From: Terriglobia bacterium
Lineage (GTDB): Bacteria > Acidobacteriota > Terriglobia > 20CM-2-55-15
Length of the DNA: 64,000 nucleotides
Assembly: GCA_965206125.1 (NCBI GenBank)
Contig: CBDBIN010000045.1
Span: forward strand, 580,531 to 644,530
Direction of reading: 5' to 3'
The translations under genes and the position numbers were made by a program. Shown here piece after piece: positions 1 through 9,157 of the stretch. Under the pieces are notes generated by a model, which worked only from the letters and a program-made list of their open reading frames with translations, did not search any database and was not told the origin of the DNA. How positions within the stretch are numbered: position 1 is the stretch's first letter; every line of letters begins with the position of its first letter.

Positions 1-1012
1 ACGCAAACTCGGCCACATCCTCGCCCTGCAACCGGATATTGTCGAAACCGCGCTCCCGAACGACTTGTTCCTTCACGTTGTCGGGACGTTGGCGCGGTTC
101 GGTGGCCACCGCGTACTTGGCGGGCCGTTCCAGACGCGTCCATTGGTGCGGTTCCAGTTCATCGGCCAGCGCCACCAGATTCTGCATGGCGTCGATGCCG
201 AAGATGAATCCCACGCCCTGGTCGTCCCATCCATCCAGGTGCCGGGTCTGGCTGAAGTCGGTGTCCCCGCGCAGCAGGATCTGGCGAAACCCGCCTCGAC
301 GGCACAGCGCGATGGCCTGGTCGAACCGTGCGGCCGCTCCCTCATGCGAGGGCCGGTTACCGCTGCGATTGACCAGGTACAGCGGCTCTTGAGTATTCGC
401 CAGCGAAATCACCAGCGGGTGATACCCCCAGGTCCCGTTGTAGGCCACGTCCATTCCTTGCTTGCATTCGCCTGTGGTTTCAGCCAGTGTCCCATCGGCG
501 TCCAACACCGCTTCTTCGAAAAACGCCTCGGGCTGCTGGCGCCAGACTCGCAGCCGGACTTGATTCGTCGCCTCCATCAGAGACTCCACGTCGCTGGGCT
601 CAAATCTCCGGCAGAAGTCTCCCGCCGTCGTCGGGTCCGGAATCCGTTGCGCTCCCAGCGCATCCAGATACACTTCGTCGTTGCGCCGCAACTCGATGTC
701 CTCCAGGCACGTCCCTCCATTCAACGCGTTATAGGCGATGTTCAGCACGTGATCCGATTCGTGATACGGCAAGTGCCGCTTCAGCACATGCACACTCTCG
801 TCGATGGCTTTGACCAGCCCCGTCCGCCGCGCCACCAACTGCATCATCCCGATTCCGCCCACCGCCGTGCCGCGCGTCCGCTCTCCCATCTCATAATGAA
901 TGTTGCTCGCCGAAAACATCGGCGCCGCCTGATCTGTCCAATTCCGGTCCGCAAGCCGGCGCTCGATTCGCCGCTTGCGGTTCTTCATGTTCTTGCGCGT
1001 ATAATCGTTCAT
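1..1012 (-). CDS. IS1380-family DDE transposase, N-terminal ~337 aa; continues past the left window edge
   Basis: Manual minus-strand translation from ATG at 1012: MNDYTRKNMKNRKRRIERR...LDADGTLAETTGECKQGMDVAYNGTWGYHPLVISLANTQEPLYLVNRSGNRPSHEG...ILLRGDTDF. The DxDxT...YG..G...Y.G..GYHPL...R.GN block is typical of IS1380/IS4-superfamily transposases. Not in the ORF track because it runs off the edge. The plus-strand ORF 65..1126 is its antisense shadow. Confidence 0.7.
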   Translation of the reverse strand, partial: MNDYTRKNMKNRKRRIERRLADRNWTDQAAPMFSASNIHYEMGERTRGTAVGGIGMMQLVARRTGLVKAIDESVHVLKRHLPYHESDHVLNIAYNALNGGTCLEDIELRRNDEVYLDALGAQRIPDPTTAGDFCRRFEPSDVESLMEATNQVRLRVWRQQPEAFFEEAVLDADGTLAETTGECKQGMDVAYNGTWGYHPLVISLANTQEPLYLVNRSGNRPSHEGAAARFDQAIALCRRGGFRQILLRGDTDFSQTRHLDGWDDQGVGFIFGIDAMQNLVALADELEPHQWTRLERPAKYAVATEPRQRPDNVKEQVVRERGFDNIRLQGEDVAEFA

Positions 1013-1130
1013 CCGAAATGCCTCCTTTTCCGTAGACTCTTTCCAAGTCTTTATTCACACGGAACGGGGGCATTTCGGGTACTTCTGCTGCTATGCCGCT
1101 ATCAATACCTCGTCAATCACGCTTGATCAG
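1..1130 (-). mobile_element. IS element (IS1380 family) right-hand portion; the end of the element is not determinable from this window
   Basis: Transposase CDS up to 1012. No second terminal inverted repeat is visible because the other end lies outside the window. The end coordinate is a guess. Confidence 0.35.
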
Positions 1131-1136
1131 GGTCTA

Positions 1137-2123
1137 GTGTCCGTGAGTGGCGAAGGGGTGTCCGCAACGATTCAGCCGGGCGGAACCTCCGACACCTTGC
1201 CGGTGCTTCTGGAGATCACAGCAGATGCGTCACCGGGTCCGAGAGCCGTCACCGTAACAACGGCGCTCGGTTCGGCAACCTTGGACGACTTTACGATTCT
1301 CTCCCCGGAGATCACTCGATCGGGCGTGGCCCCTCTTCCGATTGCCGAGGTGGAATCCGGCCCCATCCGGGCCGGTTACGTCTTTGTGACCCCTGATGAC
1401 GACTCGCCTTCACCCGTCGCTTCACTGACCTATGGAATGATCCGTAACGGTGTCGTGCTGTCCCAGGCTGCTGTGCCGCCGTCCGAATTGGCCGAGGAGG
1501 TGGTGTTCTACGTGGACACGATCACGGACATCGGCCGTCGCTTCGGTGTCGGGCTGCTCAACCCGACGTCCATCGCGAATGTGATCACCGCGACGCTCAG
1601 GAACAACTCGGGTTCGGTGGTCGGCAATGCCGTCCAGATCCATCTCGATGCCTTTAAGAGTCTGGCCAGGTTTGTGGATGAGACATTTTCGGCGAGCGGC
1701 ATCTTCTCTGAGCCGTTCGACGGCAGCGTCACTCTCGGTAGCCCCACCCCGTTCGTCGTTCTCGGCTTTCCGTTCAACGGATCGAGTTTCAGTACCGTAG
1801 ACACCCGCCTCGGAGATGCCTCGATACCGCTACCGACGCGTCAGTTGGCGGGGTCAGCGATTACGGAGGAAGGGGCGGTCGGTGGAGCTACGGGGGTTCC
1901 GTTCGCCCAGTTCGCCCTGGGCGGAGGTTGGGCAAGTCAGATCGCGTTGGTCAACAACACAGACGAGATCATCACGGGCCGGGTGGACATTTTCGATGCC
2001 AACGGATCCCCGATGGCCGTCACCTTCAACGGTCAGACCCGCAGCACGTTCACGTATGCCATCCCTGCCGGTGGAGCGATACTGCTCGCTCCACGGGACG
2101 CGAATGGACAACCGCCTATGTGA
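1137..2123 (+). CDS. hypothetical protein, Ser/Thr/Gly-rich and probably beta-rich and secreted; possibly 5'-truncated by the IS insertion
   Basis: 328-aa ORF with coding-like composition and a GTG start at 1137. The frame stays open upstream through the IS-proximal region with no ATG/GTG/TTG. No recognisable domain. Confidence 0.4.
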   Translation: MSVSGEGVSATIQPGGTSDTLPVLLEITADASPGPRAVTVTTALGSATLDDFTILSPEITRSGVAPLPIAEVESGPIRAGYVFVTPDDDSPSPVASLTYGMIRNGVVLSQAAVPPSELAEEVVFYVDTITDIGRRFGVGLLNPTSIANVITATLRNNSGSVVGNAVQIHLDAFKSLARFVDETFSASGIFSEPFDGSVTLGSPTPFVVLGFPFNGSSFSTVDTRLGDASIPLPTRQLAGSAITEEGAVGGATGVPFAQFALGGGWASQIALVNNTDEIITGRVDIFDANGSPMAVTFNGQTRSTFTYAIPAGGAILLAPRDANGQPPM

Positions 2124-2545
2124 GGAGTTTGGCGGACGCCCGAGCTCGTCGGGATTCAGCGGTGGGTGCTGACCCACTACGACAAGAGCGTCTCTTGGCG
2201 GGAGTTTTCGAAGGCAGGGTATCGGCCGCGGAGGGTCCGGGCATGACCGAGGCACCCGTAGGCGCGGCGGTTTGGGCAGATGGTTCGACCCATCGACAAC
2301 TTGACGGGAACCGCTAGAACACGTATTTTTTAAATAGCTGAAACGGCTGACTTAAAGTGCCCTATCCGTTAGAGAGGGCTGGATTTTTGCTCGAACCGGT
2401 GGCAAGATCATTCGTTCTGATAATCATCCTTCATAGAGCGCCCGTTTTTATACTCCAATCATCAGTAGGTTCGAACAGTCTAATGCAATGACGCGTCGGT
2501 GCCGAAAGAAGGACTGACCGGTACTGATTAGTCCGGGGGAGGACT

Positions 2546-3046
2546 GTGACCATGAGTAAGAAGAAGGATCATTACCCATTTATGTTCAACTTCAGGGAGG
2601 CCATCACCGGGAGTGGCTTCCTGGCTGGCGTCACTATCTCTGGAAGATCTCTGATGCTAGAAGAAGATGGTGGGTGGTGGATGTATGGTGTTCGCCCAGG
2701 AGCGATCGCCGAAACGGGAGCCACTCCGCAGGAAACCTTCCTCCGGTTTATCGAACGGCTCCGGACTGTGCTGCATGACTTCGCGACCGATGCCTCAGAC
2801 TACCCAGCCTTCCGCGTGGAGGTTGAGAGCTTCTTCTATCAACCCGACGAAGAGGAAGAGGTCAGGTGGGAGGCAGCACGGAAGAGTCTACGGGAGAGCC
2901 AAGCGAAATTGAAGTCTTGGGACCTGCCCAAAGAAGCCCCGGAAAGCCGGCCTGCCGGCGTTTCGGTGGTACGCCTGGATAAGAAATCCTCAAAGCGGTT
3001 CACCCCGGCCGACAACCTCAGATACGAACCGATCATGGCCGCCTAA
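2546..3046 (+). CDS. hicB: HicB-like antitoxin (UPF0150 / RNase-H-fold N-terminal domain), putative
   Basis: HYPFMF...EDGGWWMYGVRPGAIAETGATPQETFLRFIERLRTVL matches the HicB pattern YP...eGGy.v.f.d.Pgalt.GeT.eEa...a..AL. Lies directly upstream of a HicA-like ORF in a lower-GC patch. Confidence 0.4.
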   Translation: MTMSKKKDHYPFMFNFREAITGSGFLAGVTISGRSLMLEEDGGWWMYGVRPGAIAETGATPQETFLRFIERLRTVLHDFATDASDYPAFRVEVESFFYQPDEEEEVRWEAARKSLRESQAKLKSWDLPKEAPESRPAGVSVVRLDKKSSKRFTPADNLRYEPIMAA

Positions 3047-3070
3047 CGGCTTTGGGCAGACAAGAACTAC

Positions 3071-3304
3071 TTGGCTGGACTGGTTCCATATCGAAGCCTT
3101 GAAAAGATGCTGAAGAAGTGTGCGACGGGAGCGACCGTGCACCTGACAGACCACTACCGATGCATTCAGTTCGACGGCCTAACCTTTCCATCGTTTCCGA
3201 AACATGATCAGATTGAGCCATCGCACGTGCGAAAATTGATTCGCAATCTCCGAATCGACAAGCAGTGCGCTCGCCGCTATCTCGGCATTCCCATCCCTGA
3301 GTGA
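3071..3304 (+). CDS. hicA: HicA-like mRNA interferase toxin, putative
   Basis: 77 aa. LEKMLKKCATGATVHLTDHYRCIQFDG...FPKHDQIEPSHVRKLIRNL matches the HicA pattern L...G.....gSH......G....vP.H...i.p...r.Il.ql. Confidence 0.45.
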   Translation: MAGLVPYRSLEKMLKKCATGATVHLTDHYRCIQFDGLTFPSFPKHDQIEPSHVRKLIRNLRIDKQCARRYLGIPIPE

Positions 3305-3317
3305 ACTATTCAATGAA

Positions 3318-3584
3318 CTACAGTGCGCCCTTGAGTTCCTCAGCTGTCAGCAGCGTGTAGGTCAGCGAGTTCCCCCATCTCTCCATCGCCCGCTTTGCCA
3401 GTACCATGATGAAGTCGAAGTGGTCCGGATCCTGGATCACCTGGCAGCCGGCGCTCCATCGATCGACCTGACCTGACGGCCGCTCCGGGTTGGCCCGGTG
3501 GATGTTGATGCCGAACACGCCGCTCTGGGTCTCGCCGTCCGGATCCACCTGGTCGTCCCGATCGGCATCCCGGTACACCGTCAT
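3318..3584 (-). CDS. short YkuD-like (L,D-transpeptidase catalytic-domain-like) protein, possibly a fragment
   Basis: INIHRANPERPSGQVDRWSAGCQVIQD resembles the YkuD motif iHGt......S.GC(I/V)R. Only 88 aa, with an in-frame stop 21 nt upstream of the ATG. Confidence 0.3.
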   Translation of the reverse strand: MTVYRDADRDDQVDPDGETQSGVFGINIHRANPERPSGQVDRWSAGCQVIQDPDHFDFIMVLAKRAMERWGNSLTYTLLTAEELKGAL

Positions 3585-3694
3585 CGGTCCCTTCTGCTCG
3601 AGCTAACTTTCCCTTTTGCAGACCCACCTTGTACGCGCCCCGGTACTGTCCCGGCTTCAGGACGCGGAGTCGGGCGGGAGGAGCTGCTTATCCG

Positions 3695-3883
3695 TCATTG
3701 GGCAGTACCTGTACGCGGTGCCTTCCCGCGGGATAATCGAGCCCGGCGAGCGTTGGCGTCTCTGCATGCGACCAGCGCGCCGGCTATCCGACTCAGGAAG
3801 TTGATGTATTCCTCACTGGTGGCCGTCTTGTCGAGCACGTCCTCGAGGTCCTGGTGCAGCTTGGCACGTTCGGCCTTCGTCAT
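3695..3883 (-). CDS. small hypothetical phage-region protein (62 aa)
   Basis: MTKAERAKLHQDLEDVLDKTATSEEYINFLSRIAGALVA... ATG at 3883 overlaps the stop of the upstream gene (ATGA). Confidence 0.25.
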   Translation of the reverse strand: MTKAERAKLHQDLEDVLDKTATSEEYINFLSRIAGALVACRDANARRARLSRGKAPRTGTAQ

Positions 3884-4239
3884 GCTGCACCTTCTTTCTG
3901 GCCATCCGATTTCCGCCAGGCAACGCTGATCATTCCCTGTAGGACGTCGAAGTACTCGGAGCCATTTTCCTCGAGATACGCGAGCTTTTCGGCGATCGTG
4001 GGTTCTGGGTTTGGGTCTGGAGCTGCTGCCGGCGCCTCGTTGGCGGCCCTGAAGCGCCCGTCCATTTCGTCCAGAAAGTCCGAGGCCACATGCGCCGAGG
4101 GCGCAGCGATCCAGGCTAGGACGCAACCGTCGATCTTGCCGTCTGCGAGCTGATCGCCCATGTGCCTCACACCGTCAATGAACTCGGACAGAGTACTCAA
4201 CGTGTAGAGGTCGGTCTTCGTGAATCTGATGCTTTCCAT
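3880..4239 (-). CDS. hypothetical phage-region protein (119 aa)
   Basis: Internal ATG at 4239 (MESIRFTKTDLYTLSTLSEFIDGV...) is preceded by GAGAGG. Lies immediately downstream of the tape measure gene. Confidence 0.3.
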   Translation of the reverse strand: MESIRFTKTDLYTLSTLSEFIDGVRHMGDQLADGKIDGCVLAWIAAPSAHVASDFLDEMDGRFRAANEAPAAAPDPNPEPTIAEKLAYLEENGSEYFDVLQGMISVAWRKSDGQKEGAA

Positions 4240-4405
4240 TGGTCTGCCTCTCTGGCAGGCGCACGGCGGCCGTCGGTCCTGATCTGGGGATAGCTGGGGG
4301 TAGGATTTTCGGAGCCATAAGCCTGGTCTCGCAGGTTTGTTGTACCTGGAGTTATGGGCTCGCCCTTTAATCAGTAGAACATCAGTGCGATCGGTCTCCG
4401 AGAAG

Positions 4406-6577
4406 CTAAAGAACACGCTTGCCATGGTCGGTTCTCCTATATTGATCTAAAAAACGTGAAGGCGAGGTTGTCTTGTCAGACAGATAGGCGTCGGCAACCG
4501 CCTTGTTGTGCGCGGCATCGTTGACAGCGTTCCGTTCCGCTACCTGCTGGTCGGTCAACATTCCGCCGTGAGACATCCCGATGTCTGCCCGCAGATCATT
4601 GAAACGCTTTAGAGCTGCGTCCATGTTCTCTCTCGGAAAGATGTCCTGTTCGGTCAATTCCGGAACGGCATCGATGGCTTGAGGCAGAAGGAACATGGAG
4701 GTTGCCAGGCTATCGGCCGCAGCCGTGGAATTGTCGAACGCCGTCTCCATGTCGATCTGGACCTTGCGTGCGATTTCGTATGTTGTCGTCAGCCCCCCGG
4801 TCAGCTCGGCCAGCTCCTCGAGCGCCGTCTTCTGCTTGTCGAGGGACGTGTTCATCGTGTCCGTCGAGTCGGTGACGTCGACGATGGCGGGATCCAGCTC
4901 GTTGGCCTGGCGATCGGCGAGTTCCCGCGTCCGGAGTTCGAACCACTGTGCGTTGCTGGCAGCTGTGGCGATCGCTTCACCCCATTCGGTGGTGGACATC
5001 GTGCCGCGCTCAACTTCGATTGCGTAATTGTCCCGCAGTGCCTTGGCGGCCCTCTCGGTCGATTCTGCCTGGAGGGACAGGGCGGTCCGGTTGTCGTCCT
5101 GAGCTTTGGTACTGGCGTCAAAGGCCGATTTCAGTTTCCACAGCGCGACGCCGAGACCGGCGATGGCGGCGACAGTCACGAGGATGGGACCACCTGCGAT
5201 TGCCAGACCTTTCAAGCTGGTGCCGAACTTCGTCATCAAGACTGTTACTCCACCGGCACCCTTCAGGAAGCCCACAAGCTTGGCGAGCGATGTTGCGAAA
5301 CCGGCGACGCCAGTTGCGGCAAGACCTAGAGCGGCGATGACCGGTCCGATGGCAGCAGCGAGGGCAGCCAAGCCCGCAACCGCCAATTGCATCGATGGCG
5401 ACATCTCGGAGAAGGCGGTTGCCGTTTTCTCGATCCATCCGAGCAGGGGCTCGATAGCGTTCAGAGCCGCGTTCAGGGCGGGCACCAGCGCATCGCCGGT
5501 ACGTTGCGCCGCAACCACAAGCCGCTGCTTGAACTGATCCATCTTGAATCCGGCCGCGTTGATGCCTTCAGAGATTTCACCGAACGCCGTATTCGCGGAT
5601 CCTGACGCGTTCTCCATAGCTGTCAGTGAAGAGTTGAACTTGTCCGCAGAATCGCCGGTGAGCGCGAACACCGCACTCAGGGCTTCCGCGCGCCCGAACA
5701 GTTTTCCTGTCGCCTCCGTGGTTCCGTCCGTGGTACCGATCAACGCGTCCAGGGCGCCCTTCATCCCGAGCTGCTGCAACATCGCCTCGGACGAACTGAA
5801 ACCCAACTTCTTCATCGCGCCGGACATGTCCGCCGTAGGCTTGAGCATCGCCTTCAGGACGGCCGCCATCTGGGTGCTGACTTCCGATGCGTTACCGGTA
5901 ACGCCGGTTAGAGATGCGAATCCTGCAAACAGCTCTTCCTGGGACACGCCCAGCGTTGCGGCTATGGGGATGACCCGACCCATCGAAGCCGCCAGTTCTG
6001 GGAACGTAGTTTGTCCGAGCTCGTTGGTCTTGAACGCCAGGTCGGCCGCCTTCTGAATAGCCGCGGCACTCACATCTCCGTAGCCCTTCGTGACGGCCGA
6101 AGTTAGATTGATGGCGTCGGTGGTGGTCGCCATCCCTGCTGCAGCCGCCTTGGCGTTGATTTCGAGGATGGATGCGGACTCGGCGGAATCACCGAATGCG
6201 GAAATGACTTGGAAAAGACCATCGGACAGGTCGGCAGTGCTCTTGCCGGTCGCTACGGCCATGTCCTGAACCGACCGCTTTAGCTCAATGACGCGCTCCG
6301 TATTTCCGGGAATCAAGGTAGCGACATTGGCCATTGATTTGTTGAAGTCTGTCGAGAACTTCAACGCGGCCGCACCGGCTCCGACCAGGGGCAAGGTCAC
6401 CCCGACGGTCAGGCCCTTGCCGGCAGCGGTCGCAGTTCTCCCGACGTCGTCCAGGAGCTGCTTCGTGGGGCGTACCGATTTCTCGAACTCCTTCATCTCG
6501 CGTTGAGCGCTTTTGATTTGGTTGTTGAACTTGTTGGCCGTCAGCTGCAGGTCGACGGTTAGAGATGAGATTGTCAC
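4406..6577 (-). CDS. phage tail tape measure protein (TP901-like core)
   Basis: 723 aa, Ala/Gly/Thr-rich with long predicted helices and a central hydrophobic glycine-rich segment (AVAGLAALAAAIGPVIAALGLAATGVAGFA). Typical tape measure composition and position downstream of chaperone-sized ORFs. Confidence 0.75.
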   Translation of the reverse strand: MTISSLTVDLQLTANKFNNQIKSAQREMKEFEKSVRPTKQLLDDVGRTATAAGKGLTVGVTLPLVGAGAAALKFSTDFNKSMANVATLIPGNTERVIELKRSVQDMAVATGKSTADLSDGLFQVISAFGDSAESASILEINAKAAAAGMATTTDAINLTSAVTKGYGDVSAAAIQKAADLAFKTNELGQTTFPELAASMGRVIPIAATLGVSQEELFAGFASLTGVTGNASEVSTQMAAVLKAMLKPTADMSGAMKKLGFSSSEAMLQQLGMKGALDALIGTTDGTTEATGKLFGRAEALSAVFALTGDSADKFNSSLTAMENASGSANTAFGEISEGINAAGFKMDQFKQRLVVAAQRTGDALVPALNAALNAIEPLLGWIEKTATAFSEMSPSMQLAVAGLAALAAAIGPVIAALGLAATGVAGFATSLAKLVGFLKGAGGVTVLMTKFGTSLKGLAIAGGPILVTVAAIAGLGVALWKLKSAFDASTKAQDDNRTALSLQAESTERAAKALRDNYAIEVERGTMSTTEWGEAIATAASNAQWFELRTRELADRQANELDPAIVDVTDSTDTMNTSLDKQKTALEELAELTGGLTTTYEIARKVQIDMETAFDNSTAAADSLATSMFLLPQAIDAVPELTEQDIFPRENMDAALKRFNDLRADIGMSHGGMLTDQQVAERNAVNDAAHNKAVADAYLSDKTTSPSRFLDQYRRTDHGKRVL

Positions 6578-6990
6578 GATGATTGACCCTCCCGCAGACG
6601 CTGACGCGCTGTTTCGTCGTATCCATCAACGAAGCCCTGGAGGTGGGCAGACACCTGATTTACCAACTGCCGACGCTTGTCAGCTGAAAGTGAGGAGTAC
6701 AGATGAAATGGCAACTCGGGCACTGCGATGGCTAGGAATTCGCGATCCCGTTCGACCTGGTCGGGATCGGTGTCCTTGGCGTCGGGGTCGGATGATTCAC
6801 TTGCGATTTGGATCAGTCGTTCGACTTGAGGAAGGCCCAGCCTTTTTCGTAGTCTGTACGATTTTCCAGAGACCATAATTTTCGATTTCACTGGGATCCT
6901 CCACAGAAAGGAACAGGGCGGCCACTCGACGAACAACGCCCGAAAGACGAGAGGCACCGGACTGGCCGACAGCCAACCGGTTGTTCGCAC
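6574..6990 (-). CDS. hypothetical protein, possible tail assembly chaperone
   Basis: 138-aa ORF directly upstream of the tape measure gene and overlapping it by 4 nt. Call by position only. Confidence 0.3.
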   Translation of the reverse strand: MRTTGWLSASPVPLVFRALFVEWPPCSFLWRIPVKSKIMVSGKSYRLRKRLGLPQVERLIQIASESSDPDAKDTDPDQVERDREFLAIAVPELPFHLYSSLSADKRRQLVNQVSAHLQGFVDGYDETARQRLREGQSS

Positions 6991-7044
6991 CCGGCCAACG
7001 CAGCGGCGATCGGCGCGACAATAGATCGCGTCAGCATCTGAATC

Positions 7045-7473
7045 TCATTGGCGTTCACATCGATCCCCTCTTTCGAATCGAGCCAAGAGCCTCACCTCGA
7101 GCTCGCGAAACTGGTCTTCGAATTCTGGCCAACGCTCCGGCTGATGGGCGACAGAGTCGAAGACATCGACCAGTTCGAACGCCTCTTCCACGTCGCTGGT
7201 GTCGTACATTGCGTGATCCAGGAACGCTGGGCGCTCGTCCGGATCCCGCAACGCAGTCAGTACGGGCCAGGTCGACCATTCTTTGATCGGTGGAGACCTG
7301 CGATCGAGGACTGAAGCCAGGATGTAGGTCAGGCTCGAGCGGACGTCCTCCGTCAATTGCCAGAGGGAGTGCGGATCCGGTATCGACCGGGCGCCCGCGA
7401 TTGCTTCCCGGATGACTTCGAAGCCGCGTTCAGCTTCTTCGCGGTCGACGACCGTGTTGTTGTCGTTCTTCAT
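7045..7473 (-). CDS. hypothetical phage protein (142 aa, acidic)
   Basis: ORF between TerL and the chaperone-like ORF. No recognisable domain. Confidence 0.3.
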   Translation of the reverse strand: MKNDNNTVVDREEAERGFEVIREAIAGARSIPDPHSLWQLTEDVRSSLTYILASVLDRRSPPIKEWSTWPVLTALRDPDERPAFLDHAMYDTSDVEEAFELVDVFDSVAHQPERWPEFEDQFRELEVRLLARFERGDRCERQ

Positions 7474-7474
7474 G

Positions 7475-9157
7475 TCAGATCATGATCGGTTCGTAGTCCG
7501 GGTCGTCCCAGACGGACCCTTCGTCGTCGGACTGCACCATCGCGCGGGATAGCGCCATGACCAGCGCCGCGATTCCGTCGATCTTCTCCTTGCTGCGTCG
7601 GCGTGAAATTTTGACGTTCTCCATGTCGTCTTCTGACGGAACGCAGTTGCCTGCCATCCAGGTCAGGACCTCGTTGCCTCCGTGGGCGAGTGACTCCGAC
7701 AAGATGAGGCTCTCGAGCTCCTTCGTTGGCGCGCTGAGCTCTCGGAAGTTCTGCCGCACAGCGAGAATCAATTCGTTCGAGTCCAGCTCATCGGCGAGCA
7801 GCTGACGGAGGTACTCGAGATTCCACTCGTCGGCGCCGACTTCGGCAACGTCGAAGGCTTTGAAGTCTGTGGTGATCTGCCGGCGGATCGTCTCGTAATC
7901 GATTCGGTTGCCATCGGTGAGCGTGATCAACCCGGCACGGCCCCAGGTCGCGTATTTCGCGCCGCTGTTCGCCTCCCGTTTCTCGGCGTTGTCCGCCGGC
8001 ACAAAGAAGCGCGGCAGGATCCGCCACTTGGAGTCACTCTCGGTCGGGGGGAACGCGAGTACCCAGGCCGCAATGTCGTTCTTGTTCGCCAGGTCCAGGC
8101 CTCCGAAGCACCGCCGGCCGGCGAGCTGATCCTCGTCGACAACACCGCTGCAGGCACGCCACCGCTCCATGTCGAAGAACGAACTGGCCTCGTTGACCCA
8201 CAGATTGAGCCGATATCGGAGAAAGGGCCCACGCTCAGAGGCTTTCTCCTTCGCGTCTCGGGCGGCCTTGGCGATCTCGTCGGCCTGGATCGTAATGCCG
8301 TAGTTCGGATTGGCCCGCCGGTGCTGCTCCGGATCCAGGTAACCGTCGCCGTCGGCCGCGGTCTTATCTGCAGCTCTGATGTATGAGAAGAACTCGAAGT
8401 CGACGACATCGCCCCGAACAACGCGATCGGCATACTCGTGCTCCGTCCAGCCGAGCGAGGTAACGTCGTAGAGGCCGGCCGTGGTGATGACGAAGGCGAG
8501 CGGCTGTTTTCTGGCAGCGAAGCCGTAGCGCAGCGAGTCCCAGAACTTTCGGCCTTTCCAGGCGTGCAGCTCGTCACAGATCAAACAGTGGATGTTCAAC
8601 CCTTCGGCGCCTTCGGCGTCGGACGCCAGGACCCGGTACCGCGAGTAGGTGTCCGGCCAGGCGATCACCTTGGTCGTGTTGTTGATGTGAAGGGCCTTTT
8701 TGAGCAGTGGGCTGGCCTTCGTCATGTTGATCGCCTCATCGTGCACCAGGGAGGCCTGCTCTCGCCGTGTCGCGGCGCTGAACACGTCCGCACCGGCCTC
8801 TCCGTCGCCTCGGAGCATGTACAGGCCGACGCCAGCCGCGATCGTGGATTTACCGTTTTTCTTGGGCAGCTCGATATGGGCCCGGCGGAATCGCCGTGTA
8901 CCATCCGGCCGCATCCAGCCGAAGATTGGACCCAGAAGATCGGACTTCTGCCAGGACTCAAGCAGGAACGGCTGTCCACCCCATCGGCCTTTCGAGTGGC
9001 GAAGGACGCGCTCGAAGAAGCGAAACACCCGCTCAGCGGCCACCAGGTCGACATAGAAGCCCGATCGACACGCGAGCTCGTCTGCATCGGTGCGCACGAA
9101 GTCCCGCCACCCTTCCTCTCGGGCTCGCTTCTTCCACGCGCGATCGGAGACCTTCAT
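7475..9157 (-). CDS. terL: phage terminase large subunit (Terminase_1-type ATPase-nuclease)
   Basis: GGQPFLLESWQK...HIELPKKNGKSTIAAGVGLYML (Walker A), LNIHCLICDELHAW (Walker B/coupling), and a C-terminal nuclease region (CFGGLDLANKNDIAAWVL). Confidence 0.9.
   Translation of the reverse strand: MKVSDRAWKKRAREEGWRDFVRTDADELACRSGFYVDLVAAERVFRFFERVLRHSKGRWGGQPFLLESWQKSDLLGPIFGWMRPDGTRRFRRAHIELPKKNGKSTIAAGVGLYMLRGDGEAGADVFSAATRREQASLVHDEAINMTKASPLLKKALHINNTTKVIAWPDTYSRYRVLASDAEGAEGLNIHCLICDELHAWKGRKFWDSLRYGFAARKQPLAFVITTAGLYDVTSLGWTEHEYADRVVRGDVVDFEFFSYIRAADKTAADGDGYLDPEQHRRANPNYGITIQADEIAKAARDAKEKASERGPFLRYRLNLWVNEASSFFDMERWRACSGVVDEDQLAGRRCFGGLDLANKNDIAAWVLAFPPTESDSKWRILPRFFVPADNAEKREANSGAKYATWGRAGLITLTDGNRIDYETIRRQITTDFKAFDVAEVGADEWNLEYLRQLLADELDSNELILAVRQNFRELSAPTKELESLILSESLAHGGNEVLTWMAGNCVPSEDDMENVKISRRRSKEKIDGIAALVMALSRAMVQSDDEGSVWDDPDYEPIMI

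Noticed and set aside
65-1126. 353-aa plus-strand ORF
   Set aside because: It is antisense to a clearly recognisable IS1380-type transposase, and its Arg/Pro/Gly-rich composition is typical of high-GC shadow ORFs.
2300-2545. Possible attL (second copy of the tRNA 3' segment) in the AT-rich region left of the HicB-like gene
   Set aside because: Only weak resemblances by eye (GACGGGAACCGC at about 2308 and GGTTCGAAC at about 2480) to the tRNA-Gly 3' half. There is no contiguous match of at least 15 nt, so no att site is claimed.
4679-6056. Several 100-216-aa plus-strand ORFs inside the tape measure gene
   Set aside because: They are antisense to the Ala/Gly-rich tape measure coding sequence and have repetitive R/G/P composition.
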